Below are positions 51,015 through 61,395 of a stretch of 64,000 bases of DNA, one piece after another. The stretch is from IMG/VR virus record IMGVR_UViG_3300042376_001667. One strand, written 5' to 3'. How positions within the stretch are numbered: position 1 is the first letter of the stretch; each line of letters begins with the position of its first letter. Below the pieces are notes generated by a model, which saw only the letters and a program-made list of their open reading frames with translations, did no database searches and was not told the DNA's origin. The translations under genes and the position numbers were made by a program. This DNA is from an uncultured virus (IMG/VR IMGVR_UViG_3300042376_001667) (taxonomy: Duplodnaviria; Heunggongvirae; Uroviricota; Caudoviricetes).

Positions 51015-51494
51015 ATGGCTCTCGTTAAAAATGTAAACTCATATGCAACTGTAGAAGAAGCTAACACCTATTTTGCAGACCGCATAGACGTTGCTGCTTG
51101 GACGAATGCCGTTCCTGATCAAAGAGCACAAGCGTTAGTAACTGCTACAGGTTTGCTTGATGCTTTAGATTGGGTCGGTTATGCCGTAAGTGATTCTCAA
51201 TCTCTTGCTTTTCCAAGATTCGGTGTTTATTTTGACCCACGTTTAGGTAAAGAAGTAATTCTTTCAGAAACTACAGTTCCAGATAGAGTTTTAAAAGCTG
51301 TTTATGAGTTGTCTTATCACTTGCTAAATAATGATGGCTTATTAGATGATACAGGATCTGTTAAAGATCTTTCTGTTGGGAGTATTAAATTAACACTTGT
51401 TAAGAGTGCAAACAAACTGCCAGTAGTAGTTAGAAATTTGGTTAAACCGTTAAGAGTTAATGGCGGCTTAAATCTTTGGTGGAGAGCTAACTAA
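51015..51494 (+). CDS. head-tail adaptor protein
   Basis: NSYATVEEANTYF...ALVTAT..LD...QSLAFPR pattern; follows capsid gene. Confidence 0.8.
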   Translation: MALVKNVNSYATVEEANTYFADRIDVAAWTNAVPDQRAQALVTATGLLDALDWVGYAVSDSQSLAFPRFGVYFDPRLGKEVILSETTVPDRVLKAVYELSYHLLNNDGLLDDTGSVKDLSVGSIKLTLVKSANKLPVVVRNLVKPLRVNGGLNLWWRAN

Positions 51495-51847
51495 TGAGCT
51501 ACAAAAACCTTGTGGACAATAGTTTAAAGTTAGCATTTAATTCTGTAAAAGACCTAGCCAAAGAAGCAACTCTTACAAAGAAAACGAATCCAACGTTTAA
51601 CTTTGGAACCGGAGAGTCTGAGTTTCAATCTACACAAAATGTATCAACTAAAGTAGTAGTTTCCCAGTATTTGAAAAATTCTAAAGATCGGAATTCTATC
51701 AAATGCGAAATACTACTTAAAGCTAGTGAAGTTGGCGATTTAAACAACTACTCAACAATTTCTTTTGACTCTAATACCTGGAATTTTGCAGATATTCAAA
51801 AGAACGATGGTTTTATCTTGATTGCTAATGTTTATAGAGAGGCCTAA
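51494..51847 (+). CDS. putative head closure protein
   Basis: Synteny, 117 aa. Confidence 0.6.
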   Translation: MSYKNLVDNSLKLAFNSVKDLAKEATLTKKTNPTFNFGTGESEFQSTQNVSTKVVVSQYLKNSKDRNSIKCEILLKASEVGDLNNYSTISFDSNTWNFADIQKNDGFILIANVYREA

Positions 51848-52255
51848 ATGGGTAAATACTCAAATGTACAAGATGACATTTTCTCTATATTCAATAGCAC
51901 TTCTTGGAAAGCAGAAAATATAAAGACATTTCCAAATAACTTTGTAGCAGTTACTCCTGGAAATGAATTTATAAGAGTATCAGTTATTAGCAGGAATGTC
52001 GGCATAAATATTGAATCCGTATCTGGGATATTAATGATAGACATATTTACGTCTGCTGGAAATGGCCCTAAGCGCGCTAATCTAATTGCAGATAAGTTAG
52101 ATCAGTATCTTGTTGGTAAAAGTGTCTCTACAACTTCAGGCAATGCTACTCAATTCATGAATAGCACTTTAGACTTTAGAGGTTTAGATTCATCAGATCC
52201 ATCTTTATCACGATCTAACTACTCAGTTTCGTTCAATTACTTTAGGAAACAATAA
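51848..52255 (+). CDS. putative tail terminator protein
   Basis: Synteny; GILMIDIFTSAGNG...IADKL pattern. Confidence 0.7.
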   Translation: MGKYSNVQDDIFSIFNSTSWKAENIKTFPNNFVAVTPGNEFIRVSVISRNVGINIESVSGILMIDIFTSAGNGPKRANLIADKLDQYLVGKSVSTTSGNATQFMNSTLDFRGLDSSDPSLSRSNYSVSFNYFRKQ

Positions 52256-52857
52256 TGGCTCACATTTCCTCGCTCGGCGCCGGTATGTACTCGGACCTTG
52301 CTATTGCAATGGCTTCTAGTGCGCCTACTTTTGCAAGCTTAGATACTGCTACAGAGTTCCAAAATCTATTTGCTACTGAAATCGAATCAGCTGGCGGTAC
52401 AAAAGGCACTAATACGTTTGTTCGTGTTAAGAACGTTCGTGAATTCCCTGCTATGGGTGTTCCTGCCAACGTTGTTAATGTTCCCGTGTACGGCTCAAAG
52501 ACCTCTCGTCAAATTCAAGGTCAAGCTGATGCTCCTTCCTTAGAAATCACTTTAAATTATATTTCTTCGGATTGGGCTGATGAAACCACCAATTTGCTAG
52601 GTTCTGCTGTTGGCGATGGCAATCAGTATGTGTTCCGTTTTACTCTGCTAAATACAGAGCCAACCGGAGCAACACTGACAACCCGTTATGCCTCTACAGC
52701 AGCAGGGCTTGGCACTGTCCAAAACAGTCAGTACTACTGGGTTGGCAAGCTTGAAGCTCTGCTTGTTACTCCTCAGTTGACAGATGCTAATACAGCCACT
52801 CTGACTCTGACGATGCAGTCTGACTTCTACGGTGCTTTCACCTCTAACGCAAGTTAA
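52255..52857 (+). CDS. major tail (tube) protein
   Basis: VREFPAMG...VNVPVYG...QIQGQADAPSLEITLNY; codon bias; upstream of chaperones. Confidence 0.8.
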   Translation: MAHISSLGAGMYSDLAIAMASSAPTFASLDTATEFQNLFATEIESAGGTKGTNTFVRVKNVREFPAMGVPANVVNVPVYGSKTSRQIQGQADAPSLEITLNYISSDWADETTNLLGSAVGDGNQYVFRFTLLNTEPTGATLTTRYASTAAGLGTVQNSQYYWVGKLEALLVTPQLTDANTATLTLTMQSDFYGAFTSNAS

Positions 52858-52959
52858 TTAATATTTAGGGATATTCCTTGGCGAAGAATATTTAAATAAT
52901 CTCCCGCCAACACGTAAATAGTCGTGTGGAGGTGCCCTTCTTTTATAAAGCTGTAATAT

Positions 52960-53187
52960 ATGGATCAACGACCATTTAACATGGGATATGTGTTGCGCAC
53001 TACAGCTAAACACATGAGAAAGAGTATTGATATTAGCATTCGTAAGACATTTGAAAGAGTGCCTGAATTTGTTAGTAATCAAGAAAAATCGCAAGAAGTT
53101 TTTAAAACGCTTGCATTTTTACATACAATGAGGAAGCAATTAGATGACTTCCAACATCAAAATTCCAATGATTTCAAAGGGGAATAA
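52960..53187 (+). CDS. hypothetical protein
   Basis: 75-aa ORF between tail tube and chaperone genes. Confidence 0.55.
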   Translation: MDQRPFNMGYVLRTTAKHMRKSIDISIRKTFERVPEFVSNQEKSQEVFKTLAFLHTMRKQLDDFQHQNSNDFKGE

Positions 53188-53188
53188 A

Positions 53189-53494
53189 ATGGCAGAAGGT
53201 ATTAAGAGTCTTGTCGGTAAGAAAATGACAAAGACTGTAAAATTTATCGGGGAAGATGTTAAAATCTCCAAGCTAAATGTTGCAGAGGTAATGCAGATTC
53301 AAGAGAAAGCAAAACTCCTTGAATCTGATCAAACAACTGGACTTGACCTTTTAAAGAAAGTTATTAAGCTTTCAGTAGAAGGTGCATCAGACTTAACTGA
53401 TCAAGACTTCGATTCGTTCCCAATGGATGAACTTTCAAAGTTGTCTAATGAGATTATGAAATTTTCAGGAATTGCTGGTGATCAGGGAAAGTAA
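53189..53494 (+). CDS. tail assembly chaperone (gpG-like)
   Basis: Ends in G GGA AAG TAA slippery site; upstream of tape measure. Confidence 0.8.
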   Translation: MAEGIKSLVGKKMTKTVKFIGEDVKISKLNVAEVMQIQEKAKLLESDQTTGLDLLKKVIKLSVEGASDLTDQDFDSFPMDELSKLSNEIMKFSGIAGDQGK

Positions 53495-53829
53495 TACTTT
53501 CAGATGAGGAGTTAGTTCTTTTCGAATTAGCTTTTCATTTGAAAATACCTGTATATAAGTTGATCCATGAGATGCCATATGATGAATTCTTAAGATGGAC
53601 AACTTATTTCGAACAAAGACCTATAGAGTGGCGCGATGATTTTAGAACATCGCAAGTCATGCGTGTATTTGGAGATAAACGAGCTCCCGATCAAATATTT
53701 CCGTCGCTGTCGATCATATTTAATAAGAAAGATACGAGTCCTGTTAAATCTTTAAAAAATTCTAGAATCTTTCAAAAAATGTTATCTGCAAAAAATGGGG
53801 ATAAGTTACAAATATTGGAGACGCTGTGA
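53491..53829 (+). CDS. tail assembly chaperone extension (gpT-like, read through -1 frameshift)
   Basis: Open -1 frame from the slippery site to 53829; MPYDEFLRW..YF pattern. Confidence 0.75.
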   Translation, partial: VILSDEELVLFELAFHLKIPVYKLIHEMPYDEFLRWTTYFEQRPIEWRDDFRTSQVMRVFGDKRAPDQIFPSLSIIFNKKDTSPVKSLKNSRIFQKMLSAKNGDKLQILETL

Positions 53830-54152
53830 TCAAAATGAGCATTAAAAATATTGATGAAACGTTTAAATCTATTTTAAATCAAACACAAACCTTGACTCAA
53901 AAAGAAGCAAGAAAGATTGTTGGTACTCTTGTTACAGAGCTGAGAGAGGCTACACCATTAGATACTGGTTTAGCTAAGAGTTCTTGGGCTGTTCAAGAAG
54001 CTCCTGGAAAATTTAATATTACTAATGATACTAAGTATATTCAGTATTTGAATAGCGGTTCATCCAAACAAGCTCCTCCTTATTTTATTGAAGCTACGGC
54101 ATTGAAATACGGAAAGCCATTAGGTACAATTGTTCAAGTTACAAGCGATTAG
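53826..54152 (+). CDS. HK97 gp10-like tail completion protein
   Basis: TPLDTGLAKSSW...YIQYLNSGSSKQAP..F. Confidence 0.75.
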   Translation: MIKMSIKNIDETFKSILNQTQTLTQKEARKIVGTLVTELREATPLDTGLAKSSWAVQEAPGKFNITNDTKYIQYLNSGSSKQAPPYFIEATALKYGKPLGTIVQVTSD

Positions 54153-54158
54153 GCCAAT

Positions 54159-54189
54159 ACCCAGAGTTCACATAGGACTCTGGGTTTTT
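54159..54189 (+). terminator. Rho-independent terminator/attenuator before tape measure
   Basis: ACCCAGAGTTC/GGACTCTGGGT stem followed by a T run. Confidence 0.7.
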
Positions 54190-54203
54190 AATTGAGGAAA
54201 GTG

Positions 54204-57200
54204 ATGGCCATATTATTAGAAACTAGATCAGACTCATCAAAAGCACAAGCTGATCTTGCCAAGCTTAAAAGTTCAGTTGAGTCTATACAAGGTAGCGTAC
54301 AAAAAACTACCGAAAAATTTGATCTTCTTGCAAAAACCATTGCTGCAGGCTTTGCAGGATTCGCATCTGTTTTAGCAATTACTAGAATTTCAGATGAGCT
54401 GACAAACTTAGAAAGTAAGCTATTACAAGTAACAGATACTCAATTAGAGTTTAACAGAGCTCTTAAAGATGTCAGAAATATTGCAGTATCAACCAGATCT
54501 GACTTAAATAGCGTTGCAACGCTTTACGCCAAAATTTCAAGATCTAGCAAAGCACTTGGCGCTAACCAAACACAAGTTGCTAGATTTACAGACCTTATTA
54601 CAAAAGCTATAGGCTCTGCTGGCGCAACAACACAAGAAACAAATAGCGCTATTTTGCAATTAGGCCAGGGCTTAGCATCAGGTGTTCTTGCTGGAGAAGA
54701 GTTAAGAGCTATTTTAGAAAATGCTCCTCCTTTAGCGGAAGCTATTGCAAAAGGCCTAGGGAAGTCTGTAGGCCAGCTTAAAAAACTTGGCGAAACTGGA
54801 CAGTTAACTTCGTTTGCTGTTTTTAATGCAATTTTGAAACAGCAAAATGAAATTGACAAAAATTTTAATAAAATAAAGATAACTTATGGCGCTGCATTTT
54901 TAAATTTGAAACAATCTCTTGTAATTTTATTTGATGAAGTCAAGAAAACATCCTTTGGAGCTACAGATTCTTTCGCAGTTTCTATAAATAATTTTGCAAA
55001 GGCTATTTTCAATTTTGCAATTAATTTTAGATTAAATCTGTTAAGGGCAAGAGTTGCCTTCACTTCTTTTGTCCTTGACGCTATATTTTTATTTTATGAT
55101 TTGCTAGAAGTTATCAAAGAAACCTCTGCAAAAAGTATGCAATATGCTAAAGACTTTTATGATAGCTGGGAGCCCACTTTAAACAAAATACTAGTTGATA
55201 TAAAAGCTTGGTCTGTAGTTGCGTTAGCAGTTATTAGAAATGTAAGCGTTGTTGTATACGAAGCTTTTGCAAAAACAGATTTTGGCGGTAATTTAATAGA
55301 TTCTACCAGGCGTGCATTTAATACAATTGCAACGTATGTCAAAGAAACTTTTGAAAGGCTTGTGTCTAACATTCCTAAAATTGATATAAAAAATATTATA
55401 CCTGGATTGGATAGCGCGTTACAATACGTGAAAACCTGGGCTATACAGGCAGAGCGCTGGTTCTTTTGGTTATATGACAAAGTTATAGGTAATTCGTGGA
55501 TCCCTGATTTAGTTAAGGAAACTATCTCTTGGCTAGGCAAGTTAACTAAAAAACCAGTAAGCTTGATTCAGCAATTTGTTTCACAAGCTAACTTAAAATT
55601 TTCTAATTTAACTATTTCAACGACATTTATTGCAGGTTTAGCCGCTATTTCTAAATACAAGTCAGCCTTACTCGGAGTTTTAGGCATTCTAAGTGCAATT
55701 GCGGCTGCTATTGGAGGTGTTGCCTTTTTAACAAAAACTGGAAAAATTGATATTCAAAATCCTAAAAACAAGGTTGATGAGTATACTAAAAAATCTGTAA
55801 ATTGGCTTGAAAAGTTGTACAAAGAAACTAAAGATTCCTTCGATAAATCTACAGTTGGAAGAACATTGAAACAAGTTCTTGGGATGCCTGATCGAACACC
55901 TGGACAAATTTTTGGTGTCAATATTGATACGAGAGAGGGCGCTCAAGTAGGCCGTGGTCCTTTTAGAATGAATGAAATTAGATTTCCGGGCCATGATATA
56001 CTTAACGCATTTCCTCCGAATTGGCAAGTTCCTGTTATTACTGCAATTACTGGCATTTTTGCTCTTGCAATTATAAAAGCATTTGAAGCAGGCACAACAC
56101 GATCCGTGCTATTAAGTATACTGACAACTGCTGCAGGTATTTTTGCAGCTAATGTCGTAGATCCAACCATACTTAAAAAGAGCTTTGGCGATGCTGCATT
56201 TAAGTTTGTAGAAATTCTTGAAAAAGGTGTAACAGCTCTTTTTAGTGGAAATGTCTTAAAAGATCCTTTAGGTGTTTTATCTATTATTGCAAAGACATCT
56301 TTATTATTTGAGCAGGGCAGAGCAGCAATAGGTCAAGCATTAGTAGGGATTGGAACGGCACCCACACGTGGCGCTCAAACACTATCTGACTTAGTTCAGA
56401 GAAGAATGCTCCAAACGAGTAACCAAAGAGCTACTCGTGAACTTGCAAATTTACCAACTAGATTAAATCAAGCTTTTCTAGATAATCGAAGAGAGTCTCA
56501 AGCGGCATTTGCAAGACTTACTGGTCTCAGAGATATATCTGGAAATGTGATTGGTGCAGCGAGAGCGCAAGCTGCTATACAGTCTGGTGATACTAGAGCA
56601 TTCGGCACAGAACAGGCCCGACGTGCTACTCAAGAAGCTATTTTAGCTCAAAGAAATCTAGACACTGCAAGACAAAATTTAACCACAATTAGTGCAAGAC
56701 AGGCTGAGCTTAGAGAGGCTTCTGCAGAATCTCAAAGAAGATTTACTCAAATTAATGAGAGGCTTACACAACAAGCTGATGCTTTTAGGCAAGGTTTTCA
56801 AAATGTAAGCGCTGGTGCTGGTGGTATTTTAGGTGGTCTTGCTGGATTCCAGATTGGTACTGAAATTGCAAAGGGAATGACTGACTCACCAGGCTGGGTT
56901 AAAGTAGGTGTAGCGCTTTCAACTTCATTTGTAGGGCAAGCCGTCGGAGCTGGTATTGGAGTAGTAATTTCACAAGCAATTATAGCAGCTTTAACTACAG
57001 GTACAACGCTGCTGTCGACTGGAGTTTCTAGAGCTTTTTCTCTAGCAGCTGTATTGCTTACTAATCCATTTGTAGCTGCTGGCCTATTAATAGCTGCTGC
57101 AATTGCAACAGTACTTAATTGGGATACTTTAAAGGAATTATTTAAAGCTTTCGGAGAACTTTGGACAAGATACGTAACGCCTTTGTTAGATAAATTTATA

Positions 57201-60200
57201 GTTAAGCTAGAAGAACTTATAAATAGAATTCAAAGCAGTGCTGGCAAGGCTTTAGATAAACCTGTTGGAGAAATTGCTGGTGTTGAAGTAACTGGTAGAG
57301 ATGTTGCTAAAACTGGTACATTCGCAACTATTTCCGCAGTTACTGCACTTATTCTTGCAAAATTTACTAGAGTTTTTGATGGTACAATTCAAAGCATTCG
57401 AACATCATTTGGCACATTTACTACAGCATTATCTACTACATTAAGTAGTTTAAGAGTTTCTTTATTATTTGTATATTATACTTTTACAAGCAATTTTCAA
57501 ACTTTTATTCAAAGATTTATTCCATCATTTGCACAGTTTCAAACAGCAGTTATAAGTGCATTTTCAAGCATACGCGCGAGTTTACCCGCTTGGGCAGCTG
57601 GATTAGGTCTTGCTGTTGCAGCTGCTTTTGGTGCAATATCTGTTGTTGGAGCTTTTAAGGTAGCATTAGCTGCTGCTCTTGTGTACGGCATCGGGAAATT
57701 AGCTAGTTCTATAGTTGATACGGTCGCCCCTTCAGCTCCTCCTGCAGGACCCGTTCCAACACCTATACAAAAAGCTACAGGTGGTTTTATAAAAGGTCCA
57801 GGTAGCGGTACCTCTGATTCTATACCTGCAATGCTGTCTAATGGCGAATTTGTTGTTAACGCTAAAGATGCTAAGAAAAATTGGCCTTTGCTGACAGCTA
57901 TAAATAGCGGACAACAGTTTCAAGGTTTTGCTGCAGGAACTATGCAGCAAGAGTATAATATTCTAAAAAACAGATATCCTGCTCCTTTTACAGATAAGGA
58001 TAGATTTCCTTCCAGTATTCCTGAAGGTTATTCTAGAGTAGATTTAGATCCGTTAGAAAACCTAATGAAAAAGTTTACAGATAACTTCGGAAATATAACT
58101 AAAAAATTTGGAGAAGTTGCTGAAAAACTTAAATTAGATCAGCTATTTAGTAAAAAAGATGGTAAAATAAAAATACCTGGTATTGATGAGACACCTACAT
58201 TAGTGACTCGATTAGAGCAAGCTCCTGATATATCTTCAGCTGTTAAGCTCTTAAATGAAACAATTACATCTCCTGCATTTGGTTTTAAAAACCTTGATAT
58301 AAAGGGCTTAGAACAGCAGTCTCCAGAAGTTTTACAATCAATCGCATCTATTGCAGACTCGATTCAAAAAGACGTAACCCGAGCCGCTAAACTGCCGCCT
58401 GACAGTATTGGCAGAAAACTTGCTCAGGAATTAATAGATCAGAACAGATCCAAGCTTGCAGAAGTCTTGGATACTTACAAAATTCAAGCTGAAAAGCCTG
58501 GTGGTTTAAAAGCTCCGGCAGTTGAGGGCAAAACGAAATTTACACTGGGTGAACAGTTTAAAATAATTAACGAAGCCTTTCCAAAACTAAATCTTAGCAC
58601 AGAAGAATTCAGTGATTTGTCTAATGAAGCGCTTTCTACTTTATTTAAAAACGCTGTCAATCTTAAAAAATCTTTTAGTGACTTAGAGTCCAAAGAAATT
58701 GGGAGTTTAGAGACTGGGCTTAATTTAGGAGCAATTCCTAAAAATCTTCAAGAACAGAGAGCTAAGTTGAAAGATCAAGCAGAAGCATTACAAAATATTG
58801 CAGTAGATCTTCTTAAGCCTTTAAGAAGTGGTTTTAAACAAATCGAACCGCAATTTAAAGAAATTGGTGTAGCATTAAGTCAAGAAGCTCTTAATAACTT
58901 AACAAAACTTCAAGTTGAAGAATTAAACAGATTAAGAGAAGCTGCATCAGCTGCCTTGATTGATATAAATTTACCTGAAGATAAAATATCACCAGAAAAT
59001 AGGCGAACAGCTCAAGAAATATTTGCAAAAACAATAAGAACTTTAAACGAAACTATTGCAAAAGCTGCAAATCTTAGCTTGACCGAATTTGAAAAGACTA
59101 AGACTGCCTTTGGAGAATTTAATATTAATTTGGATGAAGTTGTGTATAATTTAATGTCTTCACTTGAAAGAGAAACTTTAAAAGAATATTTGACTGCGCT
59201 TAAAAAATATAAAATAGTTGAAGGACTTTCAGAAGAACAGAGAATAGCAAATCAGCAAGCAATATTGAAGATTACGGAAGATTTGATCGGATTTCTTAAA
59301 TCTAAGGCTCCAGACTTTAAAACGGATGCTCAAAAAGTTGGCGAATCTTTTGCTGAAAGCACTAAGCAAGGCTTAAACTCAGCTATTTCAGGTTTATTAA
59401 AAGGTGAGTCTGATGGCGATAAATCCGTTTTGAAAACATTTACTGAAAGATTTTTAAATAATTTTACAAGCAGTGTTATTGACACTTTCACAAAAGGCTT
59501 AATGGAGCCTTTAACAGGTGAAAAAGGGGCTATCACAAGCTTTGCTAAATCACTAGGTGAGGGTGTCTTTAAACAAGGTTCGAATATCCTTAGCGAAACT
59601 AAAAAAGATGACGGAAGTCTGAAATTGCCACCAGGCGCTGAGCCTGAAGAAGGCTTTGAAGTTTCAATTTTAAGCCTTACAGATAAAATAAAAGGCTTCT
59701 TTAAAGACTTTAAGTTGCCAGATTTTTCAAACATTTTTAAAGATTTTAAGCTGCCAGATTTTTCAAAAATGTTTGAAGGTTTTACAAGCATGGTTAAAAA
59801 CATTGACTTTAGCTCTATATTAAAGTTTTTTGGTTTTGCAGAAGGTGGTAAAGTGTCTGGCCCTGGAACAGGGACTTCTGACTCTATCCCGGCTATGTTA
59901 TCTAACGGTGAATTTGTTATCAATGCTAAAGCTGCTAGCCGTAATTTAGGCTTGTTGAATGCAATAAATACGGGCAGTTTACGAAAGTTTGCTGAAGGTG
60001 GTCTTGTTTCTACGGCAATGTTAGCTGCACCAGCAATAGCTGATGTAAAGCCTGCCCAAGTCAATAATCAGTCTTCCCAACAAATTATTAATTTGACTAT
60101 TACTGGTGATATCAGCCGCCAAACAAAGGCTGAAATTTATCAAATGTTACCTTCTATTGCTGAAGGTGTAAATTCACACAATCGAGAAAGAGGTTATCGT

Positions 60201-60203
60201 TAA
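54204..60203 (+). CDS. tail tape measure protein
   Basis: About 2000 aa, helical; N-terminal tape-measure motif QLGQGLASGVLAGEELRAILENAP; C-terminal FAEGG.V.GPGTGTSDSIPAMLSNGEFV. Confidence 0.92.
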   Translation: MAILLETRSDSSKAQADLAKLKSSVESIQGSVQKTTEKFDLLAKTIAAGFAGFASVLAITRISDELTNLESKLLQVTDTQLEFNRALKDVRNIAVSTRSDLNSVATLYAKISRSSKALGANQTQVARFTDLITKAIGSAGATTQETNSAILQLGQGLASGVLAGEELRAILENAPPLAEAIAKGLGKSVGQLKKLGETGQLTSFAVFNAILKQQNEIDKNFNKIKITYGAAFLNLKQSLVILFDEVKKTSFGATDSFAVSINNFAKAIFNFAINFRLNLLRARVAFTSFVLDAIFLFYDLLEVIKETSAKSMQYAKDFYDSWEPTLNKILVDIKAWSVVALAVIRNVSVVVYEAFAKTDFGGNLIDSTRRAFNTIATYVKETFERLVSNIPKIDIKNIIPGLDSALQYVKTWAIQAERWFFWLYDKVIGNSWIPDLVKETISWLGKLTKKPVSLIQQFVSQANLKFSNLTISTTFIAGLAAISKYKSALLGVLGILSAIAAAIGGVAFLTKTGKIDIQNPKNKVDEYTKKSVNWLEKLYKETKDSFDKSTVGRTLKQVLGMPDRTPGQIFGVNIDTREGAQVGRGPFRMNEIRFPGHDILNAFPPNWQVPVITAITGIFALAIIKAFEAGTTRSVLLSILTTAAGIFAANVVDPTILKKSFGDAAFKFVEILEKGVTALFSGNVLKDPLGVLSIIAKTSLLFEQGRAAIGQALVGIGTAPTRGAQTLSDLVQRRMLQTSNQRATRELANLPTRLNQAFLDNRRESQAAFARLTGLRDISGNVIGAARAQAAIQSGDTRAFGTEQARRATQEAILAQRNLDTARQNLTTISARQAELREASAESQRRFTQINERLTQQADAFRQGFQNVSAGAGGILGGLAGFQIGTEIAKGMTDSPGWVKVGVALSTSFVGQAVGAGIGVVISQAIIAALTTGTTLLSTGVSRAFSLAAVLLTNPFVAAGLLIAAAIATVLNWDTLKELFKAFGELWTRYVTPLLDKFIVKLEELINRIQSSAGKALDKPVGEIAGVEVTGRDVAKTGTFATISAVTALILAKFTRVFDGTIQSIRTSFGTFTTALSTTLSSLRVSLLFVYYTFTSNFQTFIQRFIPSFAQFQTAVISAFSSIRASLPAWAAGLGLAVAAAFGAISVVGAFKVALAAALVYGIGKLASSIVDTVAPSAPPAGPVPTPIQKATGGFIKGPGSGTSDSIPAMLSNGEFVVNAKDAKKNWPLLTAINSGQQFQGFAAGTMQQEYNILKNRYPAPFTDKDRFPSSIPEGYSRVDLDPLENLMKKFTDNFGNITKKFGEVAEKLKLDQLFSKKDGKIKIPGIDETPTLVTRLEQAPDISSAVKLLNETITSPAFGFKNLDIKGLEQQSPEVLQSIASIADSIQKDVTRAAKLPPDSIGRKLAQELIDQNRSKLAEVLDTYKIQAEKPGGLKAPAVEGKTKFTLGEQFKIINEAFPKLNLSTEEFSDLSNEALSTLFKNAVNLKKSFSDLESKEIGSLETGLNLGAIPKNLQEQRAKLKDQAEALQNIAVDLLKPLRSGFKQIEPQFKEIGVALSQEALNNLTKLQVEELNRLREAASAALIDINLPEDKISPENRRTAQEIFAKTIRTLNETIAKAANLSLTEFEKTKTAFGEFNINLDEVVYNLMSSLERETLKEYLTALKKYKIVEGLSEEQRIANQQAILKITEDLIGFLKSKAPDFKTDAQKVGESFAESTKQGLNSAISGLLKGESDGDKSVLKTFTERFLNNFTSSVIDTFTKGLMEPLTGEKGAITSFAKSLGEGVFKQGSNILSETKKDDGSLKLPPGAEPEEGFEVSILSLTDKIKGFFKDFKLPDFSNIFKDFKLPDFSKMFEGFTSMVKNIDFSSILKFFGFAEGGKVSGPGTGTSDSIPAMLSNGEFVINAKAASRNLGLLNAINTGSLRKFAEGGLVSTAMLAAPAIADVKPAQVNNQSSQQIINLTITGDISRQTKAEIYQMLPSIAEGVNSHNRERGYR

Positions 60204-60817
60204 TGACATACGGTATCTATGAAAATGGAAAGGTTATTGCAAGATTTACAGCGCCATTGACTGTAAGAAGCAATCAGCCAATTTCTGTTTCAGATACCCT
60301 TTCTCTAAAGAGACAAATAGCAAAAAGAGGGGCTCAGCGTTGGGAAATTACATCCAACCTTGAGCCCCTCGGCCTAGATGCCGCAGACTTATTTGTTAAT
60401 TTAGTTACGAAAGGGTTTTCTAACACAGAAGTTGTAACTATAATAATGCCTCAAAATTATGCAGCAAGCAAGGGACGAACTGCCAATGCAGGCTTAGCTG
60501 CGTATGGTTCTCAATACGCTACTCAAGTAACTGTATCTGGATTTAGTAGTGGAATTGTTCCAAAAGGCACTTTTATAAGATTTGCAAATCATCCAAAAAT
60601 ATATATGATGACTACAAACTTACAAGCAAATGGTTCTTTAAATATATTTCCTGGCTTAGTGGCAAACGTAGGTTCTATCGGCAGTCCTGTTGCATTTACT
60701 TATAGAGACGATGTCTTTATGGATTGTTATTATGATACTGATGTTGTGAAAGGTATGGTGTATTCTGACGGTATTCTTATGGATACTGGAACAGTTACAC
60801 TTATAGAAAAGCTATGA
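60203..60817 (+). CDS. putative distal tail protein
   Basis: Directly after tape measure; AQRWEI motif. Confidence 0.65.
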   Translation: MTYGIYENGKVIARFTAPLTVRSNQPISVSDTLSLKRQIAKRGAQRWEITSNLEPLGLDAADLFVNLVTKGFSNTEVVTIIMPQNYAASKGRTANAGLAAYGSQYATQVTVSGFSSGIVPKGTFIRFANHPKIYMMTTNLQANGSLNIFPGLVANVGSIGSPVAFTYRDDVFMDCYYDTDVVKGMVYSDGILMDTGTVTLIEKL

Positions 60818-61395
60818 TATCATTTAATTCAACACTTATAGCTTTGTTGCAAAACCCAGTAATAAATGCTTTTTATTTAGTAAAAATAGGTTTGCCTTCT
60901 GGATTTTATCTGACAACATCTCATTTTGCAAATATAACGTTATCCAACGGCGATACATATCTTTCAGATGGAAAATTGCTTAGCGCTGATGTTCCTAAAT
61001 TATCTTCTGTTGTTGATAGAGAAATTTATAAAGTTGTGCTTGCCGATGTTGACTATACTTTAGGTGCAGCAATGCAGACAGGGATTGTAGGAAAATTGTT
61101 TGAAGTTAGAATTGGATTTATAAACCCTGCTAATGAAGTTCCTTATACACAGCTTGAAAATACAATTCTTGCATATAAAGGTATTATAGATAGCATAGGC
61201 TATAGTATCGAGACAGGTAATGTAGGTCAATCTGCTTTGTCTATTTCAGGTGCAAGTCCGATGGCTGACTTAGATCTTACAAGAACTCCCTATTCTAGCA
61301 AAGAATATATCAGAGGACTGTTTCCTAATGACAGCTGTTTCGATCAAATATATGAAGGCTCAGGACCTGTAAATATTAAATGGGGTAAAGGATAA
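60814..61395 (+). CDS. putative tail tip/hub protein
   Basis: Synteny; C-terminal FPNDSCF...IKWGK. Confidence 0.65.
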   Translation: MISFNSTLIALLQNPVINAFYLVKIGLPSGFYLTTSHFANITLSNGDTYLSDGKLLSADVPKLSSVVDREIYKVVLADVDYTLGAAMQTGIVGKLFEVRIGFINPANEVPYTQLENTILAYKGIIDSIGYSIETGNVGQSALSISGASPMADLDLTRTPYSSKEYIRGLFPNDSCFDQIYEGSGPVNIKWGKG

